Origin: Clostridiales bacterium
GTDB taxonomy: Bacteria; Bacillota; Clostridia; Saccharofermentanales; Saccharofermentanaceae
Direction of reading: 5' to 3'
Assembly (NCBI GenBank): GCA_017513085.1
Contig: JAFWDK010000008.1
Coordinates: 9,000-72,999 of the forward strand
DNA: 64,000 bases
Shown: positions 37,744-48,127 of the stretch, piece after piece
Layout of the letters: each line of letters begins with the position of its first letter
How positions within the stretch are numbered: position 1 is the stretch's first letter
The notes under the pieces: generated by a model
Databases searched by the model: none
Told to the model about the DNA's origin: nothing
The model's input: the letters and a program-made list of their open reading frames with translations, nothing else
Program-made: the position numbers and the translations under genes

Positions 37744-38310
37744 ATGAAAGTCAAGCTTTTAAAACTCAATCGTGGTCTGATCCTTCTGATCATCGCAATC
37801 ATCGGCGTGCTGATCTACTTAACTGCCGAGACAATTGATGCCAACAAGAAAAAACAAGAAGTTCGCACTCTTGCTTCTGAGATCATCACGAAAACACAGG
37901 AGTGTATCGTAATCGTTAGCGACATTGACGACGTCATGAATTCACGCACTTTTATCTATCACAATAATTCTGACTTTAATGAAAACAAAGAGAATAATTA
38001 TTCCAATATTGACATACTGAAACCCTATCTTTACCAGGACGATCGTTTGTACCAGGAAATTTCAGAACTTGGCAATGATCTTTCTACAAGCGCATTTGTA
38101 AATGATAATGTGATCATTAAGAGTCTGGTTTCCAGAATTCCCTACGAAACCAGCGTCATGTATTACAACAACACTGCCAAAGTTACGATACGCGTGAATA
38201 ATGAATATATATCCGCTGATAATACCCAGAATAGTATGACGTCTACCGACGAGCTCGGCTTTGAGTATATAGACGACAGATGGCAACTGGTCAGTTATGA
38301 GATTTATTGA
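37744..38310 (+). CDS. Hypothetical membrane-anchored protein (single N-terminal TM)
   Basis: MKVKLLKLNRGLILLIIAIIGVLIYL anchor, then an Asn/Asp/Ile-rich ectodomain. It is the first gene of the operon with the ABC ATPase and permease. The RBS is GGGAGTGTTGT. Confidence 0.6.
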   Translation: MKVKLLKLNRGLILLIIAIIGVLIYLTAETIDANKKKQEVRTLASEIITKTQECIVIVSDIDDVMNSRTFIYHNNSDFNENKENNYSNIDILKPYLYQDDRLYQEISELGNDLSTSAFVNDNVIIKSLVSRIPYETSVMYYNNTAKVTIRVNNEYISADNTQNSMTSTDELGFEYIDDRWQLVSYEIY

Positions 38311-38350
38311 TTCCGATCCAATATTGTCCTAACCTTTCAGGAGAGAATAC

Positions 38351-39283
38351 ATGAGTGATAATCCAGCATTAAGCATACAGAATCTTACTAAGACATTCGG
38401 AAAGAAAGTGGCTGTCGACAATGTTTCTTTCGATGTTTATCCCGGCGAAGTTTTCGGTTTTTTGGGACCGAACGGCGCCGGAAAAACCACGATCATCAAG
38501 AGCGTCATGGGCTTTATCCAACCGGATAAAGGAACGATCGTTATAAATGGTCATAATGCAAAAAAAGAATATGAAAAAGCCATGTCTTCCATCGGTGGCA
38601 TTGTGGAGAATCCGGAAATGTATTCGAATCTCTCTGCATACCTGAATCTCAAGATGTACGCCAAACTTCACGATAACATTTCAAAAGAACGTATCGACGA
38701 AGTCCTGGAACTGGTTGGTCTGAAAGAGCGTGCAAAAGAACCTGTCAAGAAATACTCTCTCGGCATGAAACAGCGAATCGGTCTCGCACAGGCCTTGCTT
38801 CACAAACCAAGGATGCTTATCCTGGACGAACCTACCAACGGACTCGATCCGGCAGGCATCCATCAGCTTCGTGATATTTTGAAGAAATATGCTCACGAAG
38901 ATGGAGCCGCGGTCATGGTTTCCAGTCATCTTCTTTCTGAGATGCAGATGATGTGCGACCGTATCGGTATCATCAATCATGGAAAACTGATCCGGATCTG
39001 TTCTATCGAAGAGTTAACAGATCAGAGCACCTCGTCTTCCAAATATCGCATCAAGACTTCTGATCCGAAAAAAGCTTCCGTATTTCTATCCGAAACCTAC
39101 AGCTACAAAGTCAGCAATCTTACGGAAAGCTGTTTTGATATCGAAGTGGACGAATCCGAAATCAACGAATGTGTCCGCAAAATGGTGGAATCCGGTTCGG
39201 ACATTTTAGGCGTGCAGAAAGTGGAGACCTCACTTGAAGACGCTTTCTTACAGATCACAGGAGGAGGAATTGAAATTGAATAA
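38351..39283 (+). CDS. ABC transporter ATP-binding protein (ABC-2 type)
   Basis: GPNGAGKTT, LSLGMKQRIGLAQAL-type signature (YSLGMKQR), LILDEPTNGLD. Confidence 0.9.
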   Translation: MSDNPALSIQNLTKTFGKKVAVDNVSFDVYPGEVFGFLGPNGAGKTTIIKSVMGFIQPDKGTIVINGHNAKKEYEKAMSSIGGIVENPEMYSNLSAYLNLKMYAKLHDNISKERIDEVLELVGLKERAKEPVKKYSLGMKQRIGLAQALLHKPRMLILDEPTNGLDPAGIHQLRDILKKYAHEDGAAVMVSSHLLSEMQMMCDRIGIINHGKLIRICSIEELTDQSTSSSKYRIKTSDPKKASVFLSETYSYKVSNLTESCFDIEVDESEINECVRKMVESGSDILGVQKVETSLEDAFLQITGGGIEIE

Positions 39284-40850
39284 GATTGCTGCTCTTTATT
39301 CCAACGAAATGATCAAGATCTTCCACAGAGTTTCCGTGTGGATCGTAATGGTAATCATGCTTTCTATCGCGATACTGGCTCCGATCGCATTTAAAGTTTC
39401 GGTCGGAGATTATAACGATCAGTATGACGACTTTGAATCCTATTTATCCAAAGAAGAATTTACCAGAAGAAGAGATTCATTGGCACAGATTCTGAAAGAT
39501 ACCAACGAGTTCGTCAAGCATTCCAATGTTCAGTACACTACCCAAAATGAAACACACGAAGTATTCTCGACATGGCTGGAATGTGACGAGGATAAGGCTA
39601 CAGACTACAGTTCCTATATATGTTATAACAACCTCATCAGCACCTATAACTTTGAATCCAACAGATTCAATACAAGCTGGTTGACGATAAACGCCTTACA
39701 GTCTTATGTGCTGGCTCACCATGATATCTGCTATTTGAATCTGACTCCTTTTTCCGAGCGTGATGAAGAATGGTATAAGATGTATACATTATACAGTCAG
39801 GCATTTGATCTGTACTCCGAAGCGCTTTTCTCAAATAACCTGAACGCTTATTATTCCGGCGAAGTTTTAATGGATACGGTCGGCAGATCCCGTTTCGAAA
39901 TCTCTTCACTGCAAAGACTGATGGAGATCGACCCGGATGCTTCTTTCCCCCCGGATCAAGCAAACTGTTTGCTTGATCTTCTTAACGAGATCGACAAATG
40001 TGAACAGGACCTCCATAGCAACCTGGCCAGAAGCCAAAGCACTCTTCCGCGAGTTTTGACGCAAACGGAAAAAAGTCGACTGCGTGACAGGCTTTCTATC
40101 CTAAACTACCATTTCGATCATGGGAATTATTTCACAGAAGAAGTCACCATCGCTCACCAGATCAACAATCTGGCGATAACATTCGGTCGCTTTGCTCTGA
40201 TCGTACTCCTGGTCCTCATTGCAGGCACCAGCGTTTCCCAGGAATTAGCCACCGGCTCGATCAAATCCTTGATCATTGCCCCCGTACGCAGATGGAAGAT
40301 CTTCCTGGCTAAACTTCTCTCTATCATCTCCTGGTGTATTGTAGGTTCGATCCTTCTGGTAGGTGCTTCGACTTTGACAACGATGTTCCTTTACAGGAAT
40401 ATCTCTCTGCCGGAATACATTTATGTTTCCGGCGGAATGATCCATCGCATTCCCTATCTTATCTATATGATCATGTCATTCTTCGTAAGCAGCCTTTCCC
40501 TCTTTGTCTATCTTATCCTTGCATTCATGATTTCTTGCATTTCCAAGAATACCGGTGTTTCCGTTGCCGTATCGAGTGCACTGATCCTTTGCTCGAATCT
40601 TCCATCCATCCTGATCGAGCTGGGCGGTCGTAAGAGATGGATCGACTTCCTGCCCTCCATAAACATGGATATCAAAAATCTCGTCTTCCCCTTCTCGAAT
40701 TTGATGAACGGATTGAATAACAACGATTTTTTCATTACAGAAAATACGATAAACAATTCGCTCTCGTTCTCTCTGATCTATGTGGCGGTGCTGCTCCTCA
40801 TTATGCTCACTATCGCATACGATGCATTCACCAAGAGGGACATCCAGTAA
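39276..40850 (+). CDS. ABC-2 family transporter permease with large extracytoplasmic loop
   Basis: A probable TTG start at 39276 (LNKIAALYSNEMIKIF) lies 8 nt after AGGAGGAGG and overlaps the ATPase stop by 8 nt. The C-terminal half is polytopic (SIKSLIIAPVRRWKIFLAKLL). Confidence 0.75.
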   Translation: MNKIAALYSNEMIKIFHRVSVWIVMVIMLSIAILAPIAFKVSVGDYNDQYDDFESYLSKEEFTRRRDSLAQILKDTNEFVKHSNVQYTTQNETHEVFSTWLECDEDKATDYSSYICYNNLISTYNFESNRFNTSWLTINALQSYVLAHHDICYLNLTPFSERDEEWYKMYTLYSQAFDLYSEALFSNNLNAYYSGEVLMDTVGRSRFEISSLQRLMEIDPDASFPPDQANCLLDLLNEIDKCEQDLHSNLARSQSTLPRVLTQTEKSRLRDRLSILNYHFDHGNYFTEEVTIAHQINNLAITFGRFALIVLLVLIAGTSVSQELATGSIKSLIIAPVRRWKIFLAKLLSIISWCIVGSILLVGASTLTTMFLYRNISLPEYIYVSGGMIHRIPYLIYMIMSFFVSSLSLFVYLILAFMISCISKNTGVSVAVSSALILCSNLPSILIELGGRKRWIDFLPSINMDIKNLVFPFSNLMNGLNNNDFFITENTINNSLSFSLIYVAVLLLIMLTIAYDAFTKRDIQ

Positions 40851-40861
40851 ACCTGAACTGA

Positions 40862-41788
40862 CTATTCTTTCGGACAGGGTCGGAAATTCCGGCCCTGTTC
40901 GATTTTCCGCAAATGAAACTCCTGCGTGATACGATTTCTGACCATTCTCTTATTCGCCACCCATAATGGCGCGATCAGATGCTTCTTGTCTCCGTCCCCG
41001 GTCATCCGGTAAATAACGATGTCTTCACGAATGTTCTCGACCACGGTACATAAGAAATCGATATACTCATCCATGTCCATCAACGGGAATGGCTTCTGTT
41101 CAAAAAGCACTGCCAGTTCCGTATCGCGCAGAACATTCAGATTCGCGATCTTAATGCCCTGAATCGGAAGATTCGAGCAATACCGTATCGTCTCCAGCAT
41201 CATATCTTTCGTCTCGACCGGAAAATCCAGTATTACATGTACGATCGTTTCCAGATGACCGGATAACTTAGAAAGGCGCTCCACCGCTTGTTCAAACGCG
41301 GAAAGATCATATCCGCGATGAAACCATACTGCGGTCTCTTCATGGATCGTCTGAAGTCCCAGCTCGATCCAGACATACGTCTTCTGCGCCAGATCTTCCA
41401 GGATCCTGTACATCTTCTCGCTGATACTGTCCGGTCTGGTCGCGATCGACAGGCCCACTACTTCAGGATCCGAGAGCGCCGCCTCAAATTTTTCTTTCAG
41501 CGTCTCCTCATCCCCGTAAGTATTTGTGAAATTCTGAAAATACGCGATATATTTGTGGCTCTTGCACTTCTGTTCCACTCTCGTTTTCGCAAGGGCAAGC
41601 TGGGCCGGAACATCTAACGTCCGGTCCGCTGCGAACTCACCGGAACCGCTGCCGCTGCAGAATATACAGCCGCCCCTCCCCTTCGTACCGTCCCGGTTCG
41701 GGCAGGTGCAACCCGCATCCAGCGCGATCCGGTAAACTTTCTCTCCGAAGATCTCCTTATAGTGTTCGCTGGCACTGCGATAACTCAT
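40862..41788 (-). CDS. Radical SAM protein, TIGR01212 family
   Basis: YRIALDAGCTCPNRDGTKGRGGCIFCSGSGSG..IAYFQNFTNTYG is the family signature. There is an ATGA overlap with dinB. Confidence 0.85.
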   Translation of the reverse strand: MSYRSASEHYKEIFGEKVYRIALDAGCTCPNRDGTKGRGGCIFCSGSGSGEFAADRTLDVPAQLALAKTRVEQKCKSHKYIAYFQNFTNTYGDEETLKEKFEAALSDPEVVGLSIATRPDSISEKMYRILEDLAQKTYVWIELGLQTIHEETAVWFHRGYDLSAFEQAVERLSKLSGHLETIVHVILDFPVETKDMMLETIRYCSNLPIQGIKIANLNVLRDTELAVLFEQKPFPLMDMDEYIDFLCTVVENIREDIVIYRMTGDGDKKHLIAPLWVANKRMVRNRITQEFHLRKIEQGRNFRPCPKE

Positions 41789-43023
41789 ACGTCCTCCTTA
41801 AAACCGCCGTGCGGGTGGTCTTCCCGATCTCCCGGACAAAGGTCTTCCTTCCCTTCCAGCTGTGTCGCCCGCATGACGATATTATACCCGTATCTTGCCC
41901 GCAAAGTATCGAGCGCAGTATTGACTTTATCATCACGCTGCATCTTCTCAAAATCTTCAAACACCGTCATCTGACGGTACCCGCCTTCATCCGACAGATT
42001 GGTCGTGCGCACTCCGATACTACGCAAAGGTGCATGCCAGTCATAACTCTCATCGAAAAGCTCCATGGCAAGCTGTGCGATCGCCTTCTCATCGTTCGTC
42101 TCGGACGGGAGCGCACGCTGTTTCTCATAGGATTTCAGTTCCGTATCCCTCACCCAGATCGTCACGGTCTTGGCCAGAAAGTGATGTTTCCGAAGACGCC
42201 CGGCCACCTGCGCGGACAAAGCAACGATCACTTTCCACACATCATGGCGGTCAACCATGTCTCTCGGTGTCGTCGTACTGTTTCCGACAGACTTGAGCGG
42301 ACGGGAATACGACTCCTCCCTGACCGGCGCCTCGTCTCTCCCGTTAGCATGCTCCCATAAGCTGAACCCGTTCTTTCCCATGGCGGAAATTACATAATCC
42401 CGATCCAGTCGCGCCAGATCGCCTATCGTCCGGACATTGATCTTGTGAAAAGCATCAGCGGTCGCCTTCCCGACAAAGAGAAGATCCGACACGGGCAATG
42501 GCCAGACGATATCACGGAAATTCTCCTCCGTGATGATCGTAGTAGCATTCGGTTTCTTATAATCGGATCCGAGTTTGGCAAACGTCTTATTAAAACTGAC
42601 ACCGACCGAACAACTCAAAAACAGTTCTTCCTTCACACGTCTTCTGATCTCATCCGCGATCTGTTCAGGATGCCCTCCGGAACTCTCCGTGATATCCAGC
42701 CAGCACTCATCCAACCCGAAAGGTTCGACCTTATCCGTATACTGCAGGAACATCTCCCGAAGCTTCTCCGAAAAATATACATACTGGTCAAAATGAGCCG
42801 GCACGATAAGAAGATCCGGGCATTTTTGCCTGGCCTGCCAGAGCGCCTCGGCCGTCTTCACACCGCACGCCTGAGCCAGCGGATTCTTCGCCAGAATAAT
42901 TCCGTGACGCTTCTCACTGTCCCCGCCGACAGCCATAGGAATATTGCGCCACTCCGGGTGGCTGCGCATCTCTACAGAAGCGAAAAAACAGTTCTGATCC
43001 ACATGTAAAATGTCCCTATGCAC
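41785..43023 (-). CDS. dinB: DNA polymerase IV (Y-family)
   Basis: ILHVDQNCFFASVE, GLDECWLDIT and SCSVGVSFNKTFAKLGSDYKKPN are Y-family palm/finger motifs. Confidence 0.9.
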   Translation of the reverse strand: MHRDILHVDQNCFFASVEMRSHPEWRNIPMAVGGDSEKRHGIILAKNPLAQACGVKTAEALWQARQKCPDLLIVPAHFDQYVYFSEKLREMFLQYTDKVEPFGLDECWLDITESSGGHPEQIADEIRRRVKEELFLSCSVGVSFNKTFAKLGSDYKKPNATTIITEENFRDIVWPLPVSDLLFVGKATADAFHKINVRTIGDLARLDRDYVISAMGKNGFSLWEHANGRDEAPVREESYSRPLKSVGNSTTTPRDMVDRHDVWKVIVALSAQVAGRLRKHHFLAKTVTIWVRDTELKSYEKQRALPSETNDEKAIAQLAMELFDESYDWHAPLRSIGVRTTNLSDEGGYRQMTVFEDFEKMQRDDKVNTALDTLRARYGYNIVMRATQLEGKEDLCPGDREDHPHGGFKEDV

Positions 43024-43249
43024 TATGTCTCTCCTTGGCTGGAATCAAACGTTTGTTTGTTTTTCTATAACTATAATATCACCTTTTTTGAACAAACTCC
43101 AGACTTTACAAAATGGACATGTTTTATTTTCATTTTCGCTTTTATTTTAGAAGTGAGAAATGTATAATTACAAATAGACAAGTTTTTTTATTGTTGTAAA
43201 TTTGGCGACCCTGAAGAAGGTGCATTTTTTAACAAAGGATGGTGGATTT

Positions 43250-43957
43250 ATGGCAAAGCATCGTATTTTATTGGTAGATGACGATACCGATATTCTTGAG
43301 ATCAATCGCTCGTTTTTGTCAAACGAAGGCTATGAAGTCAGCGTAGCTACAAATATTTCCCAGACACTGCAAAAAGTGGAGACTAATGCTTACGATTGCA
43401 TTGTCCTGGACATCATGCTTCCGGATGGTAATGCCTTTGATCTTCCTTCGAAGATCCATGTACACTGCAATACTCCGATCATCTTCCTTTCCGCTAAGGA
43501 TCAGACAGAAGACAAGATCGCAGGTCTGCGTGCCGGCGGCTCTGACTATATGACGAAGCCGTATAGTCTTCCTGAGCTCTCCGCTCGTATCGCTGCCCAC
43601 ATCCGCAGCAATATGGCACGTGACGGCTTCCTTATGGAATTCCCGCCGCTGACCATGAACGTGAAGACCCGTGAGGTTACGCTTAATGGCACACCTGTTC
43701 ATCTTACCAATCGTGAGTTCGACATTCTCCGTCTCCTGGCGGAAACACCGAACGTAATCGTTCCTTTTGCACGCATTTATGCAAATGTATGGGGTGACGA
43801 TGGTCTGTGCGACAATCACCTCGTAATGGTCAATATCAGTTATCTGAGAAAGAAGATGGAAAAGGCTGATCCGACTGTTCAGTTTGTTAAGACAGAATGG
43901 GGTAGCGGCTACTCCTTCACCTTCCCACCGATCAGAAATACGATGCGCGCCGAGTAA
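43250..43957 (+). CDS. OmpR-family response regulator
   Basis: ILLVDDDTDILE..CIVLDIMLPDG receiver plus winged-helix output (LTNREFDILRLLA..GSGYSF). Confidence 0.9.
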   Translation: MAKHRILLVDDDTDILEINRSFLSNEGYEVSVATNISQTLQKVETNAYDCIVLDIMLPDGNAFDLPSKIHVHCNTPIIFLSAKDQTEDKIAGLRAGGSDYMTKPYSLPELSARIAAHIRSNMARDGFLMEFPPLTMNVKTREVTLNGTPVHLTNREFDILRLLAETPNVIVPFARIYANVWGDDGLCDNHLVMVNISYLRKKMEKADPTVQFVKTEWGSGYSFTFPPIRNTMRAE

Positions 43958-43982
43958 GCTTAGTCGGAAAGCGTGACAAAGC

Positions 43983-46181
43983 ATGTCCAAGGATCGCAAC
44001 TCTATTGCCAAGAAGCGTCTTTCCGTAACCGCGTATCTTATCTTAGTTATTTTTGCAATCGCTGTCTTGTCGGTAGTTTTCCTTCTGGTAAACTACCGGC
44101 GGAGCAGCGATTATTCTTTTACAGATGATGGCGTGCTGGATCTTCGCAACTGGAACGACGACAGTTCCCCTATCATTCTGGGCAAAGGCTGGCAGTTCTA
44201 TCCGCATCAGCTCCTGACTCCGGAAGATGTCAGAAGAGACAGACGTGTGCAAGCCACCACCGGCGAAATCGAATACAATTGCTATGAAAACGTGCAGATC
44301 ACGACCGAAGGCTGGCGTGATCTGGGCTCTTCGGCGACACTCAAGCAAGCCGGAAACGGAAGCAAGACCGAACCCATGGAATCTTTTGGTTTCGGCACGT
44401 ACTGCCTCGATCTCGTATTCAGCAGCACTACAGATTATGTTACGATCAATCTGCCGAACATTGCCCAATCCGCCAGGATCTGGGTCAACGGAAAAACCAT
44501 ACGTCATTTCGGTATAGTTTCCACATATGAAGCAGCATATGTACCGGAAGAGATCAGCACGGATATCCAGGTAGAGCCTTCAGAAACCGGACATGTTGAG
44601 ATCATCATCAACTGCGCCAACTTCTCCGCGCCTAACGGAGGCATTCTCTGCAGTCCATGTCTGGCATCCACTTCTTCCATCGAGCTGATCAAGTACAGTA
44701 CCAGAATGTATCTGGCTGTACTCATCGTACTGTGGATCGGATTCCTGATCGGCGGTCTTTATATCTCCCAGACCTTCCAGGGAAAGAGCAAGTTCTACTT
44801 CTTCATGCTGTTCTTCCTGTTTGAGATCCTGTATGAGAATTTCGATCCGGCGGTTACGCTTCTTCCGGGATCGTGGAACTATCTGCTCCGCGTTACGATC
44901 CTGATCTTTATGAATTACTTCTCATTTCTTTTCTATGTTTCATTGTACCCGAGAGGCGCCAGCAAGCTGAACGATAAGATCCGTTATTTCGAGTCGATCT
45001 TCTTCTCACTTATTTCGGTCCTTTACATTCTGACTTACTGGTGTTTCCCGAGATTCCTGTATCAGCGGTCCTCGGTATTCGCAAACTTCATTCTGATTCT
45101 GTTCACCAATCTGTATTGCATGAGCAAAGTCTTCTACATGGTCCGCCGACATGAACACGGACACTATCTGTATACACTTTCCGTGATGGTAACCAGCTTC
45201 CTTCACTTTTCGGTATTCATCCAGACACAGTACTATATCCCGATCACGCTGCATGCGTTTATTCTTATCTTCTTCACATTGATCTACGGCAGTTACTTCA
45301 TCATGGATTATGTGAAGACTTTTGAGAAGCTCTCGTTCCATAATAAGAATCTGGAAAGTGCGGTGGATGAAAAAACCAAGTATATCGCCAAAGTTAATCA
45401 GGATCTTCTTCGTAACCATGAGAAGCTCCTCGAAAACGAAGAAGCAAGAAAAAAGATGCTCTCCAACGTTTCTCACGATCTTCGTACACCGATCACAGCG
45501 ATCCGCGGATATGTCGAGCTGATGCTGAATGCAAAAGAACCCCTCCCCCGCGAACAGGAAGTCCAGTATCTTAAGAATATCCATACACGTAGCACACAAA
45601 TGGAGCAGCTTATCTCCGACCTGGTACAGCTGACACGTCTGGAATCGGAGAATGACACATTGGATCTGATGCCCATCAGCGTCAAAGAGATGGTTCACGA
45701 TCTATATACGCTCTACCACGCCGAGTGCGAAGGAACGAAAAAACAAGTGCTTTTTGAGGCGCCGGATGACGACGATCTGCTCATCGACGGCGATGCCAAG
45801 AAGTTACTGCGCGTATTTGAAAACATCATCGTCAACGCTATGAAATATACACGCGAGGACGGCATTATCCGCATCATCTGTCACCGATACGGCGATCCGG
45901 CCATGCTGGGCGGCAATGCGGTGGAAGTAATCGTGAAAGACAACGGCGTAGGTATTCCGCCTAACGAAGTACCCTACGTTTTTGACCGCTTCTACCGTGC
46001 CGAAAACTCCGGCATCAACAAGACGGGTTCCGGGCTTGGTCTTTCCATCGTGAAGAGCATCATGGATAAGCACGGCGGCAAGATCTGGGCCGAGAGCGAA
46101 GAAGGACAAGGATCGGAATTCCATATCGTATTCCGCGCCTCCGAGTTCAACTTTGACGAAGAACCGGAAGAGGAAGAATGA
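43983..46181 (+). CDS. Sensor histidine kinase with 7TMR-DISM-type extracellular and 7-TM input domains
   Basis: N-terminal TM, then an ectodomain (GWQFYPHQLLTPEDV), 7 TM helices, HisKA (SNVSHDLRTPITAIRGY) and HATPase (DNGVGIP..GSGLGLSIVK). Confidence 0.85.
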   Translation: MSKDRNSIAKKRLSVTAYLILVIFAIAVLSVVFLLVNYRRSSDYSFTDDGVLDLRNWNDDSSPIILGKGWQFYPHQLLTPEDVRRDRRVQATTGEIEYNCYENVQITTEGWRDLGSSATLKQAGNGSKTEPMESFGFGTYCLDLVFSSTTDYVTINLPNIAQSARIWVNGKTIRHFGIVSTYEAAYVPEEISTDIQVEPSETGHVEIIINCANFSAPNGGILCSPCLASTSSIELIKYSTRMYLAVLIVLWIGFLIGGLYISQTFQGKSKFYFFMLFFLFEILYENFDPAVTLLPGSWNYLLRVTILIFMNYFSFLFYVSLYPRGASKLNDKIRYFESIFFSLISVLYILTYWCFPRFLYQRSSVFANFILILFTNLYCMSKVFYMVRRHEHGHYLYTLSVMVTSFLHFSVFIQTQYYIPITLHAFILIFFTLIYGSYFIMDYVKTFEKLSFHNKNLESAVDEKTKYIAKVNQDLLRNHEKLLENEEARKKMLSNVSHDLRTPITAIRGYVELMLNAKEPLPREQEVQYLKNIHTRSTQMEQLISDLVQLTRLESENDTLDLMPISVKEMVHDLYTLYHAECEGTKKQVLFEAPDDDDLLIDGDAKKLLRVFENIIVNAMKYTREDGIIRIICHRYGDPAMLGGNAVEVIVKDNGVGIPPNEVPYVFDRFYRAENSGINKTGSGLGLSIVKSIMDKHGGKIWAESEEGQGSEFHIVFRASEFNFDEEPEEEE

Positions 46182-46210
46182 TCCAAAGACGAACATAAAA
46201 CAGGCACAAA

Positions 46211-46248
46211 GAAAGAGAGGACATCCCCTACGAGACGTCCTCTCTTTC
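46211..46248. terminator. Bidirectional terminator hairpin between convergent genes
   Basis: GAAAGAGAGGAC/GTCCTCTCTTTC 12-bp perfect stem with a 14-nt loop. Confidence 0.65.
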
Positions 46249-46276
46249 ACATTAAGCTCTTGTGTTCAAAAAGCAC

Positions 46277-46480
46277 TTACGCGTTTGCTTCCAGGTACTC
46301 ATTCAGAGCAGTGACGAGCTGGTCACAATCCAGACCATGTACTGCGCAAGCTTCCTCGATCGACTCACCATGAGCCATCGCGCAACCCAGGCAATGCAGT
46401 CCGCTGTTCATAAAGATCGGTACCAGATCCTGGTGCTCGTTCAATACTTCCGCAATGATCATATCTTTAGTAATAGCCAT
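46277..46480 (-). CDS. DUF1858 (hybrid-cluster-protein-associated redox disulfide) small protein
   Basis: MAITKDMIIAEVLNEHQDLVPIFMNSGLHCLGCAMAHGESIEEACAVHGLD is the DUF1858 signature with CxxC. Confidence 0.8.
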   Translation of the reverse strand: MAITKDMIIAEVLNEHQDLVPIFMNSGLHCLGCAMAHGESIEEACAVHGLDCDQLVTALNEYLEANA

Positions 46481-46635
46481 ATTCTATTTCCTCCATTGTA
46501 AACATATACTGCTACATTACCACGAGTTGACAGAGAATGCAATTTGAAATTCCTTAGGTTTATTTCTCAGTTTTTGATACGTTTATGTTATATTGGAAAG
46601 AGATCAAACCGAAAACCAGAAGGAGGAAACGATAC

Positions 46636-47973
46636 ATGAAACTCAACTATAAGCGGACGCTTCTCTCCGGAATGGCATTTCTGGTCATCATGGCTTTTTG
46701 GCAGATGTACGATAACGTACTTCCTCTCATGCTGAGAAGCACCTTTCATCTGAATGAAACCCTGATCGGCGTGATCATGGCTTCCGACAATATTCTGGCG
46801 CTGTTCCTGCTACCGCTTTTCGGTAAGCTTTCCGATCACACACATACCCGTATCGGTAAACGTATGCCGTATATCCTGTTTGGCACCGGACTTGCCATCA
46901 TCTTTACCAACATACTTCCCATACTGGACAACAGCTACTACGCTTCGGCCGGCAACCTGAAAATGGTTTCCTTCATCGTAACACTCGGACTCCTTCTGAT
47001 CGCCATGGCGGTCTTCCGCTCTCCGGCGGTCGCCCTGATGCCTGATGTTACGCCGAAGCCTTTGCGTTCTCAGGGAAATGCCGTAGTTAACCTGATGGGC
47101 GCGCTGGGCGGTATCATCTACCTTATCTTTTCTGCACTGATGTATCCGGAATCCAAGACAAAAGCAGCCGAGCATGTCAATTATCAGCCGCTTTTCATCT
47201 TCATCGCTTCCCTCATGTTCGTCGTCATCGGAATCATGTTTCTGACTGTGCGCGAGCCTAAGTGGTCAAAAGAAAACTCAGAAATCGAAAAAGCACATCC
47301 TGAATGGGATCTTACCGAAAAGACCAAAGACAAAAGATCCCGTCTGCCCAAACCGGTCCTGCGCTCCATGATCTTCCTTCTCATGTCCGTCGCGCTCTGG
47401 TATTTCGCCTATAATGCGCTGACAACATGGTTCACTTCTTATGTGGATATCGTCATGGATAAACAATTAGGCTTTGCTTCAACTTGTTTTCTGGTAACCA
47501 ATGTCGGCGCGATCCTTTTCTTTATCCCCGCAGGCATAATTGCTTCTAAGATCGGACGGAAGAAATCGATCCTGACCGGCACTTTGATCTTCAGCAGTTG
47601 CTTCCTGGCCGCATTTTTCATCACGACATCAGCCAAAGAAAACGCCATCATTCCAATGTATATCGACTTCTTTATCGTCGGAGTCTCCTGGGCACTGATC
47701 AACGTCAACTCCCTGCCTATGGCCGTAGAGATGTGCAATGGCGCGGACACCGGCAAATTCACCGGTTATTACTATGCCGCTTCCATGAGCGCACAAGTCG
47801 TAACGCCGGTCCTTGCAGGCTTTTTGCTCCGTTACATCGGTTATAAGATCCTCTTTCCGTATGCGGCTGTTTTTGCCTTTTTGAGTTTCACAACCATGCT
47901 CTTCGTCCGGCATGGGGATAATCGTGTCGCGGCAGTCAAAAATCTGAATGCTTTTGAAGATATGGATCTATGA
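46636..47973 (+). CDS. MFS transporter (GPH/SLC45-like glycoside-cation symporter family)
   Basis: 12-TM protein. LLPLFGKLSDHTHTRIGKRMPYIL is an MFS loop 2-3 motif. ATG 46636 lies 8 nt after AGGAGGA. Confidence 0.8.
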   Translation: MKLNYKRTLLSGMAFLVIMAFWQMYDNVLPLMLRSTFHLNETLIGVIMASDNILALFLLPLFGKLSDHTHTRIGKRMPYILFGTGLAIIFTNILPILDNSYYASAGNLKMVSFIVTLGLLLIAMAVFRSPAVALMPDVTPKPLRSQGNAVVNLMGALGGIIYLIFSALMYPESKTKAAEHVNYQPLFIFIASLMFVVIGIMFLTVREPKWSKENSEIEKAHPEWDLTEKTKDKRSRLPKPVLRSMIFLLMSVALWYFAYNALTTWFTSYVDIVMDKQLGFASTCFLVTNVGAILFFIPAGIIASKIGRKKSILTGTLIFSSCFLAAFFITTSAKENAIIPMYIDFFIVGVSWALINVNSLPMAVEMCNGADTGKFTGYYYAASMSAQVVTPVLAGFLLRYIGYKILFPYAAVFAFLSFTTMLFVRHGDNRVAAVKNLNAFEDMDL

Positions 47974-48061
47974 TTATATAGAGTATAAAAAGATAATAGC
48001 ATCTTGACAAATACAAATGTTATGCTTGTCTGCAGATTTGAAGGAAAAATCGAAAAAACCC

Positions 48062-48090
48062 TTGACAATAGGCGATTTGACGTTCATAAT
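48062..48090 (+). promoter_or_regulatory. Sigma-A promoter of hup
   Basis: TTGACA (48062-48067), 17 nt, CATAAT (48085-48090). A second TTGACA lies at 48004. Confidence 0.5.
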
Positions 48091-48127
48091 AACGATTGTT
48101 AATAAAGCCCTGAAGGAGGCATTGATT

